This document shows, piece after piece, positions 54,394-64,000 of a stretch of 64,000 bases of DNA. The DNA lies in contig JAHCML010000005.1 in NCBI GenBank assembly GCA_019192455.1, positions 50,277 through 114,276 on the forward strand, read 5' to 3'. This stretch comes from Alphaproteobacteria bacterium SS10 (GTDB lineage: Bacteria > Pseudomonadota > Alphaproteobacteria > TMED2). Position 1 is the stretch's first letter, and each line of letters begins with the position of its first letter. The notes beneath the pieces were generated by a model. That model saw only the letters and a program-made list of their open reading frames with translations. It was not told the origin of the DNA and made no database searches. The position numbers and the translations under genes are program-made.

Positions 54394-55980
54394 TTACGCG
54401 AAGTAGCCGTATTCAGCGATCCGATAGCTGTCGCCTTCACCGGTTGGGTTACCGGTGTGGCCGCGCAGCTTGGAGGAAGCACCGTCGAGCCAGCTGGTGA
54501 ACACTGGCAGTGCGGAACCACCACGCTCCCAAAGGATGCGCTGGACCTCGTGGTACAGCTCAGCCCGCTTAGGACCGTCGACCGTGCCGCGTGCTTCAAC
54601 GATCAGCTTATCCATATCTTTGAAGTCGAGAGCATTCTCGTTCCACTTCGCATCAGACATGTAAGCGATGGTCAGGATCGCATCCGGGGTCGGACGGGCG
54701 TTCCAGGTGACCATGTTGAACGGCGTGTTCAGCCAGACGGATGACCAGTAACCGTCAGTTGGGCGACGGTTGATGTTGATCGTCAGACCAGCTTCAGCCG
54801 CGCTTTCCTTCAGGTGCAGGGCCATGTCAGGCGCGGTTGAGTCAACCGCCAGTGAGGTGTTCAGCTCAACCGTGGCGTTCTCCATGCCCGCCTTCTTCAG
54901 GTGGAACTTGGCTTTATCCAGGTCGAACTCACGCTGTGGCAGGTCGTTGTTGTAGTACTGCTCAAACGGCGCGATTGGCACGTCATTCGCCAGAACGCCA
55001 TAGCCCTTATGGATGTCATCCAGCATCGATTGACGCTTGATGAGGTTCCGGATGGCGAGGCGGAAGTCGAGATTGTTGGTCGGCTCCCGGTCGATCATCA
55101 TTGGGAAACCAAGCACCCGCTTCGATGGGACAACCATCAGCTCGGTGGTTGGTGACCGCTCAATCAAACGGGAAGACTGGGCACCAACGCGGTTAACGTA
55201 GTGCACGTCACCGGTCAGCAGGGCGTTAACCCGGGCCTGGGTGTCTTCAATGCCGATGATCTCAACTTCATCGAAGTAAGGCTTGCCCTCGAGGAAGTAG
55301 TTCTCGTTACGGGCGCCGAGGAAACCAAGGCCTGGCTCAAAGCGGACGACCTTGAATGGGCCGGTACCGATTGGGTTGGCAAAGTCGGTGTGACCTGCTG
55401 GCACGATGGCTGCCTGTGGCTGACCCAACAGGGTTGGGAAGTCAGCATTTGGGCCATCGAGGGTGATGCGAACGACGTTCTTGCCGTCTGCCTTCATCTC
55501 GGTGATTGGCGCCAGATTGCTCTTCATCGCCGAGGCAGTATCTTCACCGCGGTGCAGGTTGATCGAGTAGATCACATCCTCTGCATCGAGGGTCTTACCG
55601 TTGTGGAACTCAACACCATCACGCAGGGTGAAGGTCCATTCCGAGGCGTCGTCATTGGCTTCCCAAGAGGTCGCCAAGTCAGGCTCTGCTGCACCATCCT
55701 GGCCGTAACGGACCAGCATGTTGTAGGCCAGATAGCTACGCATGTAGTCATTGGCGCTGGTGTGCAGCTCTGGGTTCATGGTGTCGTCGGCGCTGCTGGA
55801 GGTCCAGCCGATCCGGAACCGGCCACCACGACGTGGCGTGTCAGCTAGGGCAGGGACGGAAACACCGCTGGTTGCGGCAACCGTACCGGCAGCGGCAGCG
55901 GCCGTGAATTGGCGGCGATCCATGCCAAGTGCGGTAGGTAGGCTCTTCTTTTGATCTGTCATGTTTTTCATTTCTCCCAT
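54394..55980 (-). CDS. ABC transporter substrate-binding protein, family 5 (peptide/nickel type), Tat signal
   Basis: MDRRQFTAAAAAG...ALA signal. 528 aa with family-5 SBP features. Confidence 0.9.
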   Translation of the reverse strand: MGEMKNMTDQKKSLPTALGMDRRQFTAAAAAGTVAATSGVSVPALADTPRRGGRFRIGWTSSSADDTMNPELHTSANDYMRSYLAYNMLVRYGQDGAAEPDLATSWEANDDASEWTFTLRDGVEFHNGKTLDAEDVIYSINLHRGEDTASAMKSNLAPITEMKADGKNVVRITLDGPNADFPTLLGQPQAAIVPAGHTDFANPIGTGPFKVVRFEPGLGFLGARNENYFLEGKPYFDEVEIIGIEDTQARVNALLTGDVHYVNRVGAQSSRLIERSPTTELMVVPSKRVLGFPMMIDREPTNNLDFRLAIRNLIKRQSMLDDIHKGYGVLANDVPIAPFEQYYNNDLPQREFDLDKAKFHLKKAGMENATVELNTSLAVDSTAPDMALHLKESAAEAGLTININRRPTDGYWSSVWLNTPFNMVTWNARPTPDAILTIAYMSDAKWNENALDFKDMDKLIVEARGTVDGPKRAELYHEVQRILWERGGSALPVFTSWLDGASSKLRGHTGNPTGEGDSYRIAEYGYFA

Positions 55981-56066
55981 GAGATCAAGGCGTTGGCCGG
56001 CACCGGGAACGGCACCAACCGGTCAAAAAACAACAATTAGGTAGCTGTCACCATGACCCAATTAGG

Positions 56067-57818
56067 TCAGGCACCAGCCAGTTGAACTTGGCTTGCGGCG
56101 GCTTCAAGCTCACCACTGGCCAAGAGATCCTCCAGCCATCCGGTGCGCATTTCAGGCACGGATTTGAGGAGGAGATTCGTGTAGGGATGCGAGGGCGGTT
56201 GCAGCACCTCAGCGGTGGGGCCAATCTCGACGATCTCACCCATGTACATCACCGCAATTCGGTCAGCGAGCGCGGCGACAGTTGAGATGTCGTGGCTGAT
56301 GAACACAAAGGTGATACCAAGTTTCCGCTGCAAGGACTGGATCATTTTGATGATCGCGGCACCAACCACCGTATCCAGTGATGAGGTTACCTCATCACAA
56401 AGAACCAAGGTTGGTTCAGCCGCCAGCGCACGAGCCAAATTGACCCGCTGCTTTTGACCGCCGGACAGCTCCCGGGGGAGGCGATTGGCCAGCTTTGGAT
56501 CAAGCTCAACCATCTCCATTAACTCATCGACCCGTTGGCGCCGCTCAGCTGGGCCCAGTTTGAGGAAGAACTCAAGCGGCCGCTCAAGCGCATGGCGCAC
56601 GGTCTTGCGTGGGTTAAACGCGATGTCGGGCATCTGGTGCACCATCTGGATGCGCTGGCGATAGATCAGATCGCGGTCGCGCACATCGGGCAACATCTCA
56701 ATGCCTTCAAAGGAGACGCTGCCAGACTTCCGCTTGGTCAGCCCGGCAATGGCGCGGGCCATGGTGCTTTTGCCGGAGCCACTCTCACCGATAATGCCGA
56801 CGATCTCGCCTTTCTCGATGTCGAGGTTGATGTTCTTCAGAACATCGAACGGCTTATTCGTCTCTTTATCACGGTACTGGACGAACATGTCCTTGATGCC
56901 CAGCAGTGGCGCATCCTTTTCCGGGACATGCTGTTCGTTGCTGGCACCGGCAGCCGTGCCGTCGGGCATGTTGCCATCAGCATCGGGCATGGGCCGGGCG
57001 GCCGCCATCAGCATCTTGGTGTATTCATGCTGTGGTGAGTTGATGATCTGCTCGGTGATGCCTTCCTCAACAATCTTGCCATGTCGAAGGACGACAATCC
57101 GGTCCGCAATCTGTGCCACCACGGATAGGTCATGGCTAACATAGATGGCCGAGGCACCCTGATTGGCGATGGCGTCCTTGAAGGAGCCAAGCACCTCAAC
57201 CTGGGTGGTCACATCAATCGCCGTGGTCGGCTCATCGAAGATGATTAGGCTTGGGCCACAGGTCATGGCCATCACGGCCATCAGGCGCTGTAGCTGACCG
57301 CCACTCACCTGGTGTGGGAATTTGTTGGCGATGGTGTCCGGGTTCGGCAGCTGCATTTGGGTGATCAGCTCGATCATCCGTTCTTTCGCTTCCGACCTGC
57401 TCATCACACCGTGGATCTCGGCGGCCTCCAGGATCTGGCTGCCAATGGTGTGTGCGGGGTTGAAGGCGGCGGCGGCGGATTGCGCCACATAGGCGATATC
57501 CTTACCCCGCATCTGCCGCTTTTCCTTCATCGACATCTGCAGGATGTCGGTGCCGCGGAACATGATTTCGCCGCCGGTGATCTCACAGCCCGGGCGAACA
57601 TAGCCGAGGGTGGCAAGGCCGATGGTCGACTTACCAGCGCCAGATTCACCGATCAGGGCAACAACCTCACCGGGCTGCACATCAATCGTAATGCCGTGCA
57701 GGATCGCCTTACTCCGGCCGCGGTTCGGCACGGTCCCAAGGCGTAAATCCTTGATAGAGAGGAGCGGCCCAGTTTTGGCCGACGTGTCGGTGTTAAGGTC
57801 AGCGGTATCAGAAGCCAT
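56067..57818 (-). CDS. ABC transporter ATP-binding protein with duplicated ATPase domains (DppD/DppF fusion type)
   Basis: Two Walker A motifs (GESGAGKST, GESGSGKST), two signature motifs (VSGGQLQR, LSGGQKQR) and two Walker B motifs. Confidence 0.9.
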   Translation of the reverse strand: MASDTADLNTDTSAKTGPLLSIKDLRLGTVPNRGRSKAILHGITIDVQPGEVVALIGESGAGKSTIGLATLGYVRPGCEITGGEIMFRGTDILQMSMKEKRQMRGKDIAYVAQSAAAAFNPAHTIGSQILEAAEIHGVMSRSEAKERMIELITQMQLPNPDTIANKFPHQVSGGQLQRLMAVMAMTCGPSLIIFDEPTTAIDVTTQVEVLGSFKDAIANQGASAIYVSHDLSVVAQIADRIVVLRHGKIVEEGITEQIINSPQHEYTKMLMAAARPMPDADGNMPDGTAAGASNEQHVPEKDAPLLGIKDMFVQYRDKETNKPFDVLKNINLDIEKGEIVGIIGESGSGKSTMARAIAGLTKRKSGSVSFEGIEMLPDVRDRDLIYRQRIQMVHQMPDIAFNPRKTVRHALERPLEFFLKLGPAERRQRVDELMEMVELDPKLANRLPRELSGGQKQRVNLARALAAEPTLVLCDEVTSSLDTVVGAAIIKMIQSLQRKLGITFVFISHDISTVAALADRIAVMYMGEIVEIGPTAEVLQPPSHPYTNLLLKSVPEMRTGWLEDLLASGELEAAASQVQLAGA

Positions 57819-58820
57819 TTACTTCACCAACTCGTCAGAGATGTTTTCGTTGCTGCGCGCGACGTTCCAATCAACCAGGAAGTTCACGGCCAGGGTCACC
57901 GTATAAATGGCGATGGCGGGCAGCAGCACGGTATGCGGCGCAAAGGTCAGGCCGAGGGTGTTCTCACGCACCATCACGCCCCAATCGGCAAAGGGTGGTT
58001 GCACCCCAAGGCCAAGGAAGCTAAGGCCGCTCAATAGCAGGATGGAATAGGTGAAGCGCAGGCCAAACTCGGTCGATAGTGGGACCAGAGAATTAGGCAT
58101 GATCTCATTCCACAAGACCCACATCTTGCTCTCACCACGGGCAAGGGAAATCTCAACGAAATCCATCGCCATGATGTCCTGGGCCAGGGCCCGGGCAATC
58201 CGGTAAACCCGCGCGCCCTCAATCAGGCCTACGGTGATCACCAGGGCAATCAACACCAGGACACTGCCCGTAATGTCCACACTGAAGAGGCCAAAGTCTT
58301 GGCGCCAATCCGCGGTCGGGATGGCGGAAATAATGACCAGGGCCAGCATGATCGCCGGGAAGGACACGATAGCGTCGATGAAGCGACTAGTGATGTTCTC
58401 AACCTGGCCGCCAATAATGGCAACCATGATGCCGAGGCCACCGCCCACAACAAAGGCGATGATGGTGGCGGCAAGCGCCAAGCCAAGGGTCGTCCGGGTG
58501 CCATACATTAGGCGGGACAGGACATCCCGGCCCAGATAATCGAGACCGAATGCACCGATCTCACCGAATTCTGAGAAGGCCATTGAGCCATCGACAATCT
58601 CACTCTCACCGTAGGGGGCGAGGGCGGGGCCGAAGATGGCGATAAAGGTCCAGAAGGTCAGAATGGCGATGCCTAGCCAGCCGAGCAGCCCAAAGTTCGG
58701 GATGCGTTGCAGCAGCGGGCGCTTTGGCTCCACCGCCATGACGGGATCGATTTCGACCGCGCCGGTTTGGCTTGCCTCTTCGGGCGGTTGGGCATCTTCA
58801 GGCCGTGCGATTTTAGTCAT
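57819..58820 (-). CDS. ABC transporter permease (DppC-like)
   Basis: BPD-transport EAA-type loop (SLARGESKMWVLWNEIMPN). Its stop abuts the ATPase start (TAAATG). Confidence 0.9.
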   Translation of the reverse strand: MTKIARPEDAQPPEEASQTGAVEIDPVMAVEPKRPLLQRIPNFGLLGWLGIAILTFWTFIAIFGPALAPYGESEIVDGSMAFSEFGEIGAFGLDYLGRDVLSRLMYGTRTTLGLALAATIIAFVVGGGLGIMVAIIGGQVENITSRFIDAIVSFPAIMLALVIISAIPTADWRQDFGLFSVDITGSVLVLIALVITVGLIEGARVYRIARALAQDIMAMDFVEISLARGESKMWVLWNEIMPNSLVPLSTEFGLRFTYSILLLSGLSFLGLGVQPPFADWGVMVRENTLGLTFAPHTVLLPAIAIYTVTLAVNFLVDWNVARSNENISDELVK

Positions 58821-58835
58821 GATGGTCGCTCCAGC

Positions 58836-59786
58836 CTATTTCGGGTGCCGCAGTCGTGGGTTGGCCACCATGGCCACCACATCCGCGAACAAGTTGAGAC
58901 CGATGTAAACGGTACAGAAGAAGATGGCGCAGGCCTGTACAACCGGCATGTTCCGGGAGGCAACGCCATCCACCATGAACTTCGCCACGCCCGGATAGGC
59001 AAAGACGAATTCGACGATGATCACCCCGCTCAACAGATAGGCGAGGTTGATGCTGATCACATTGACGATCGGGCCCAGCGCGTTTGGCAGGGCGTGGTGC
59101 ATGATGATCCGGCGTGGCGGTACACCTTTCAGCATCGCCATCTCAATCGATGGTTGGCTAAGGACGTTAATGACCGCGTTCCGGGTCATCCGCACCATCG
59201 GTGCAATCACGATCAGGGCCAGCGTTGCGGCCGGCAGCGCCAGGGCTCGCAACACCTCTACCGTACTCATATCCGGTGTGACGCTCGAGATGGCCGGTAA
59301 CCATTGCAAGGTCACGGCAAAGCCAACCACCAACAAGGTGGCGAGCAGGAAGTCCGGGATTGAGATCAGGCAGAGCGCCAGGGTGTTGATGCCCCGGTCG
59401 ATGATGGTGCCAGGCTTAATCGCGCAGATCAGGCCGAGCAATAGGGCGGTAGGCACGGCGATGATGGTGACGAGGCCACCGAGCATCAGGGTCGGCGGTA
59501 AGCGGAGTGCCAGCTGGTCAACCACCGGTGTGCGGGTTGAGTAGCTGATCCCGAAATCACCCTGCAGCATATTGGTGAGCCAGTAGAAGAACCGGTAGAT
59601 CGCCGGTTGATCGAGGCCCAGCTCCCGCTCCAGGGCGGCGACTGTCTCTGGGGTGGCGGACTGGCCAAGCATTGCTTGTGCTGCACTGCCGGGAAGTGTT
59701 TCCGCCACTATAAACACGAATATTGCGACGGCGAGTAAGGTATAAAGGCTAAAAAGAAGCCGGCGTGTAATCAAACGAAGCAGCAC
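58836..59786 (-). CDS. ABC transporter permease (DppB-like)
   Basis: The GTG at 59786 gives the typical N-terminus (V)LLRLITRRLLFSL. The track ORF extension to 59846 is probably not translated. Confidence 0.85.
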   Translation of the reverse strand: MLLRLITRRLLFSLYTLLAVAIFVFIVAETLPGSAAQAMLGQSATPETVAALERELGLDQPAIYRFFYWLTNMLQGDFGISYSTRTPVVDQLALRLPPTLMLGGLVTIIAVPTALLLGLICAIKPGTIIDRGINTLALCLISIPDFLLATLLVVGFAVTLQWLPAISSVTPDMSTVEVLRALALPAATLALIVIAPMVRMTRNAVINVLSQPSIEMAMLKGVPPRRIIMHHALPNALGPIVNVISINLAYLLSGVIIVEFVFAYPGVAKFMVDGVASRNMPVVQACAIFFCTVYIGLNLFADVVAMVANPRLRHPK

Positions 59787-60049
59787 GAAATAGGGCGCCT
59801 TCCACAAGTAAAGGAGAGTCGGTACCGAATGGCACCAACGGGACAAGTCACCGAAGATTTTCAGCGCGGTGGCCGGATTATAAAACCTGCCTATGGGTGG
59901 CGCAAACCAATTTACTATTTTTTCCTTACCCCCTGAGGGGCTTAGATATTTTGCGATTATTCACGCGCTATGCGTGTGGCCAGTTCAATTAATTGGAACA
60001 CAGAAATTCTTGATTACTGGGTTTCTGTAAATTTGATTGTCGAAAAATC

Positions 60050-60088
60050 ATGCAAAAGAAAAGGGGGCTGCTTTTCCGCGCCCCCTTT
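60050..60088 (-). terminator. Rho-independent terminator downstream of the RTX gene
   Basis: Minus strand: GGGGGC-gcggaaaagca-GCCCCC followed by TTTTCTTTTG. Confidence 0.7.
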
Positions 60089-60138
60089 AGAATACTTGGC
60101 TTAATTTGCGGTTATTAGCACCGCGCTAATCACAATAA

Positions 60139-61098
60139 CTAGACGATGCTGAAGACACTATCGAAATTGTCGAGCACGTCTTGGGCGCTAACACCTTCCA
60201 GGGTCACCGTGGTGCCATCGGCGAAACTGACGAGCGCGCCATCGGGGGTATCGGTGATGCCGCTGGCCTGCAGCGTCGCCGTATCACCCGCCACCGACGA
60301 GGTCACTTGGATCACATCTTCGCCGATAACAAAGCCATTGACCACGTCATTGCCTTCACCACCGCCGAGATAGACATAGGTGTCTTCACCTTTACCACCG
60401 ACCAGCAGGTCGTCACCGGCACCGCCGGTGAGCGCGTCTTGGCCCTGACCACCGAACAGGGTGTCATCACCCGCGCCACCACTAAGGACATCGATGTCCT
60501 GGTTACCGTACAGGACGTCATCGCTGTCAGAGCCAACGACCAGATCGTCACCCTTATTACCAAAGCTGGCGTTGGAGCCGCCATCAATGACCGTATCGGC
60601 GCCCTGACCGCCATAGAGCGCCTCAACACCAACGCCGCCGCTGAGCTGATCATCACCCTGGTTGCCGTAAAGATTAGCGAGGGCGGCATCACCGTCGACC
60701 CGAGCAACAGCATTGGGGGAGCTCACTACTTGGTTGTTCACATAAACAGTGACATCGTTACCGCCGCCTGCGTAGGCATCCACGATCCCGGAGATTACGG
60801 CTTCGTTTGCGCCATCACCGCTAATATAGATCGCAGGTGTATTGCCTGTATTACTAAGCGTAACTCTAGTGCCGTCGACCTCGAATAGCACGAACTCAAG
60901 GCTCGCAGTGGTATTGGGAGTTGTGTAAAGCCCAAACTGCTCGCCCTCGCCTACAACAAGTAAATTTTCCGAATTTAGTTGCTACTCGCTGATGCCCAAG
61001 CCTTCTAGAATTTGGTCAACCAGCTGCGCTTCGCTGGGGCTCAAATTTAAACCGCCATCAACGGGGTCAAACAGACCACCTGGAATTGTCCCTGACAT
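60139..61098 (-). pseudogene. RTX Ca-binding repeat protein interrupted by an in-frame TAG (60982-60984)
   Basis: The ATG at 61098 opens MSGTIPGGLFDPVDGGLNLSPSEAQLVDQILEGLGISE, then TAG. The same frame continues QLNSENLLVVGEGEQFGLYTTPNTTASLEFVLFEVDG... into GGxGxD repeats (GNQGDDQLSGG, GGQGADTVIDG, GGAGDDTLFGGQGQDALTGGAGDDLLVGG). Confidence 0.6.
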
Positions 61099-61328
61099 AG
61101 TTTAATCCACTCGCTTTAGTGCGTCACAACAGGCCCGATGTCTCACGCGCCATGCGCGCCCAACGACCCAGATTCATAAACGCCAAATTACATTAGGTGG
61201 GGCAGTTGGCGCCCCGTCACGCCCCCCGTGACTAAACCTCGCAAAGAGTTGTAGCGGGTTTGGCCAGGTCGGCGAAGCAAAAAGTTTCAAAATTGCGGAT
61301 TGCTTGCAGAATGCAATGGCGGGGGCTT

Positions 61329-62726
61329 TCAGCCCGTTTCGGCGCTATCCCCGCCGGGGGTTTCAGCCGCTTTATCCGTATCGTTCAGCCGGTCGGCGAG
61401 GGCCGCGATCGGCATGGGTTTGGCAATATGGAACCCCTGCCCCCGGTCGCAGTGGCGGCGTTTTAGGGCGGTCAAGATCGCCTCACTCTCAATCCCCTCA
61501 CCAACCACCTCCAGGCCCAAATTATGGGCCAGCTTGATTAGAGAGCGGACAATCGTGTCGGCCTCCGCGTCGTTCAGCATGCGCATCACAAAGCTGCGGT
61601 CGATCTTAAGGTCGCTAAACGGCAATTCATGCAGGGCGCTGAGCGAGGAATAGCCAGTACCGAAATCATCGATTGAGATGCGTAAGCCCGCGATACGCAG
61701 GCGGGTTAGCACATGGCGTATCCGTTCAATCCCCGCAAAGGCGACCGCCTCGGTCAGCTCAATCTTAATCTGCTCCGGCGTGCCGCCGGCATCGCTGATG
61801 GTCTCTAGCAACTGGTCGCTGAACCCGGGCACCAAAAGGCAGGAGGGGGAGACGTTGAGCGAGAGGGTCAGCAGCTTGGACGGTGCGCTATCAACCGGTT
61901 GGTTTTGAGGGGCGGGCGCTTCTGCCCCCCCGGTCTGGGTGATGGGTGGCAGATCACGAAGCGCGATAATCGCCTGCCGCAACAGGCTAAGGCTTAGATT
62001 GGGCATCAGGCCCAGCCGCTCAACACTGGGGATGAACTGGCCGGGGGAGACGAGGCCCCGCTCCGGATGCTGCCACCTTGCCAACAGCTCAATATCCGTG
62101 ATGCCGCCGGATTGCAGGTCGGTGATCGGCTGAACAAAGGGGACGAACTCTTGAGCGGCGATGGAGTTTCGATACTGCTCTTGCGACACCGCCGGTGCCC
62201 GTTGGCGCAGGGGCTTTAGCGCCTCAAGGAAGCTCTTGGTCGAGAACGGCTTGTTCAGGCTGGCGATGATATTGGCACCGAGATCGACGCAGATCCGCTC
62301 ACTGAACCGGAAGACGCGATCATCGCAGCCGCTGATCAGAATGACCGGCCCCTGGAAGCCATCGGCCACCAGCTGCTCCAGGCAATCGAGGCCGTTAGTG
62401 AAGCCAAGGTTTAGATCGAGGACCAGGATCGCTGGGCTCGGCTCATGCCGGTTGGCCTGCCATTGCGCCTCGTCATTAATCGTCGATGTTTCAAAACCGA
62501 GGGAGGATGCCGCCTTCACCAGTACACCGGCGAGGCCGATATCATCCTCAATGACGCACAGGCGTTGGCTCTGCGCGCCATCGACAACACCAGTGTTGTT
62601 GGCGTGTGGCAGCGGCGGCGGTTGGGTGGCCCGCCAAGCCTGTGCTGACGCGGCCCCCTCGAACTGCTGCTGTGATGGCGCATCGGTAAGATGGCGCAAA
62701 TCGCCTTGTAACACCGTCACCCTCAT
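61329..62726 (-). CDS. Response-regulator receiver + EAL domain protein (putative c-di-GMP phosphodiesterase)
   Basis: REC: IEDD, VLDLNL (acceptor Asp), LNKPF. EAL domain: QEFVPFVQPI, IELTE, DDFGTGYSSL, DLKIDRSFV. Confidence 0.85.
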   Translation of the reverse strand: MRVTVLQGDLRHLTDAPSQQQFEGAASAQAWRATQPPPLPHANNTGVVDGAQSQRLCVIEDDIGLAGVLVKAASSLGFETSTINDEAQWQANRHEPSPAILVLDLNLGFTNGLDCLEQLVADGFQGPVILISGCDDRVFRFSERICVDLGANIIASLNKPFSTKSFLEALKPLRQRAPAVSQEQYRNSIAAQEFVPFVQPITDLQSGGITDIELLARWQHPERGLVSPGQFIPSVERLGLMPNLSLSLLRQAIIALRDLPPITQTGGAEAPAPQNQPVDSAPSKLLTLSLNVSPSCLLVPGFSDQLLETISDAGGTPEQIKIELTEAVAFAGIERIRHVLTRLRIAGLRISIDDFGTGYSSLSALHELPFSDLKIDRSFVMRMLNDAEADTIVRSLIKLAHNLGLEVVGEGIESEAILTALKRRHCDRGQGFHIAKPMPIAALADRLNDTDKAAETPGGDSAETG

Positions 62727-62993
62727 TACCTATTGCGGCGGCTATTGCGGCCCAATTCTCAGTGTTTGGTGTCGGGTGCTGCCCGCAGAAAATGGCCAAG
62801 CCTGTCCACTGGATTTGGTTGTTGTTTCCCCATCTTGCTTATCGAGGCTTAAAACCCCCTTAAGCCCGCCATCGAAAACTGCAGGCAACGGTATGTTTGA
62901 CAGCGTGCCAACTACGGCTACGCTGGCGCCCGTGTTATCACCGGATTGGCGCCTGTCAGGGGTGCCCGCCATCCAATTTCCTCACTGAATGCC

Positions 62994-64000
62994 ATGGTCC
63001 GTTTCATGCTTGCCGCCCATCGTCCTGCCCAGTTGATTGCTGGCCTCTTGCTGGTCGTCACCCTTGCTTTTGCCGTTGCTGGTTTGGCCGGAAATGCACT
63101 CGCCCAAGACGCTGAGGCACCATCGGACACGGCCATCGATAGCCTGCTGACCGTCCTGCAGGACCCGGCGCAGCGTGATGAGTTGATCCAGCAGCTTGAA
63201 ACCATCCGTGGTGAAGATGCGGGTGGGGCAACCCCGGCCGAGGCGGTGGAGAGCCCGGAAACACTGGCCGAGGAGGTCAATCAGGACGCCGCCATTGTCT
63301 CCTCCGACATTAGTGAAGGGTTGGATGCCCTCGGTGGCTCACTTGTTGATACGGCGGCCAAGGCGGTCGCCGCCATTGGCGATCAGCTGGCCAATTTCGC
63401 GGCCCTCTTCGCCAATCTGCCCAAGCTTCTGTCGTGGTTTGTCGATGTGTTGGCGGTTGGTGAGCAAGAGAAGTTCAATCGGCTGGTTACCTTCTTAAGT
63501 GTGCTCGGCACCGTGGCGGCAATTGGCCTGACCACCGGCTACCTGGCCAATCTGTTCACCAAGCGCCTCCGCGCCAAGGCGATGCCGCGCGTGGGTCGTG
63601 AGGCCCTGCGCCGTGGCCTTGCCTCGGTCTCTTTCCTGATTATGGACCTACTGGTGATCGCGGCGGCGGCAACGGCGGCGCGCATCACGCTGGAGGTTTT
63701 GGACCCTGCCCCACGGACCTTGCTGATCGTCTTCGTGCTCGTCATCGCAACGATTATGAGCCGGGCAGCCATCGCCGTGTTGAAGGCGGTCTTGGCACCG
63801 AAGGAGGAGACCTTAAGGGTCCTGCCGATTTCGGAGGAGACGGCGCGCTATCTCTATATTTGGGGCCGCCGGATCGCCATCGTCGCGATCTATGGGCATT
63901 TCATTGGTGGCCTGTTCGCCGTCAACGGCATGCCGGCCGAGGGATATGTCACCTGGAACAAGCTCGTCGGGTTACTGGTCGCCATCATGGTGATCCTGAT
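62994..64000 (+). CDS. N-terminal part of a large exported/multi-TM membrane protein (possibly MscS/AefA-like mechanosensitive channel); 3' end outside the window
   Basis: I translated this frame by hand from the ATG at 62994. It has no stop up to nt 64000. Signal peptide ...AVAGLAGNALAQD, followed by several TM helices. The track omits it because it has no stop. The product guess is weak. Confidence 0.55.
   Translation, partial: MVRFMLAAHRPAQLIAGLLLVVTLAFAVAGLAGNALAQDAEAPSDTAIDSLLTVLQDPAQRDELIQQLETIRGEDAGGATPAEAVESPETLAEEVNQDAAIVSSDISEGLDALGGSLVDTAAKAVAAIGDQLANFAALFANLPKLLSWFVDVLAVGEQEKFNRLVTFLSVLGTVAAIGLTTGYLANLFTKRLRAKAMPRVGREALRRGLASVSFLIMDLLVIAAAATAARITLEVLDPAPRTLLIVFVLVIATIMSRAAIAVLKAVLAPKEETLRVLPISEETARYLYIWGRRIAIVAIYGHFIGGLFAVNGMPAEGYVTWNKLVGLLVAIMVIL

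Noticed and set aside
1-64000. CRISPR arrays, rRNA genes, IS elements/transposases, integrases and retron-like ncRNA/RT pairs.
   Set aside because: I scanned the intergenic regions by eye. I saw no regularly spaced direct repeats, no transposase, integrase or reverse-transcriptase-like translations, and no rRNA-like sequence. Absence is stated within the limits of manual inspection.

Overview
GC-rich bacterial chromosomal segment. Judging from recalled protein similarities it is probably alphaproteobacterial: class I LysRS, malate synthase G, an IF-3 N-terminus of the MRRPxx type, and many Tat signals. Housekeeping genes include lysK, thrS, infC with a non-AUG start, a RumA-like rRNA methyltransferase, hisI, glcB/glcG, a branched-chain aminotransferase, a DinG-like helicase, LPS core glycosyltransferases, a peptide ABC transporter and tRNA-Ser(GGA). 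Several accessory modules sit between them. (1) An Xre/RES type II toxin-antitoxin pair. (2) A truncated T7-like podophage remnant with a portal, a frameshifted gp9-like scaffold, small upstream genes and a divergent CI-like S24 repressor. (3) Two tandem LOG-family paralogs with an unusual half-LOG + LOG + disordered-tail architecture, converging on a CDA-fold deaminase. (4) A lower-GC glycan modification island right after tRNA-Ser, with a giant double glycosyltransferase, two Stf0-like sulfotransferases and a methyltransferase. (5) An orphan-gene cluster with a RelA/SpoT-fold protein plus a small acidic partner, Tat/Sec-secreted orphans, and a 915-aa membrane-anchored lysozyme-like + M23 hydrolase. 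(6) Two RTX proteins, one with a NIDO domain and one interrupted by an in-frame TAG. No CRISPR array, rRNA, integrase or transposase was seen. All domain calls come from motif recognition by eye on the supplied translations. No HMM, BLAST or structure search was run, and start codons are approximate where noted.
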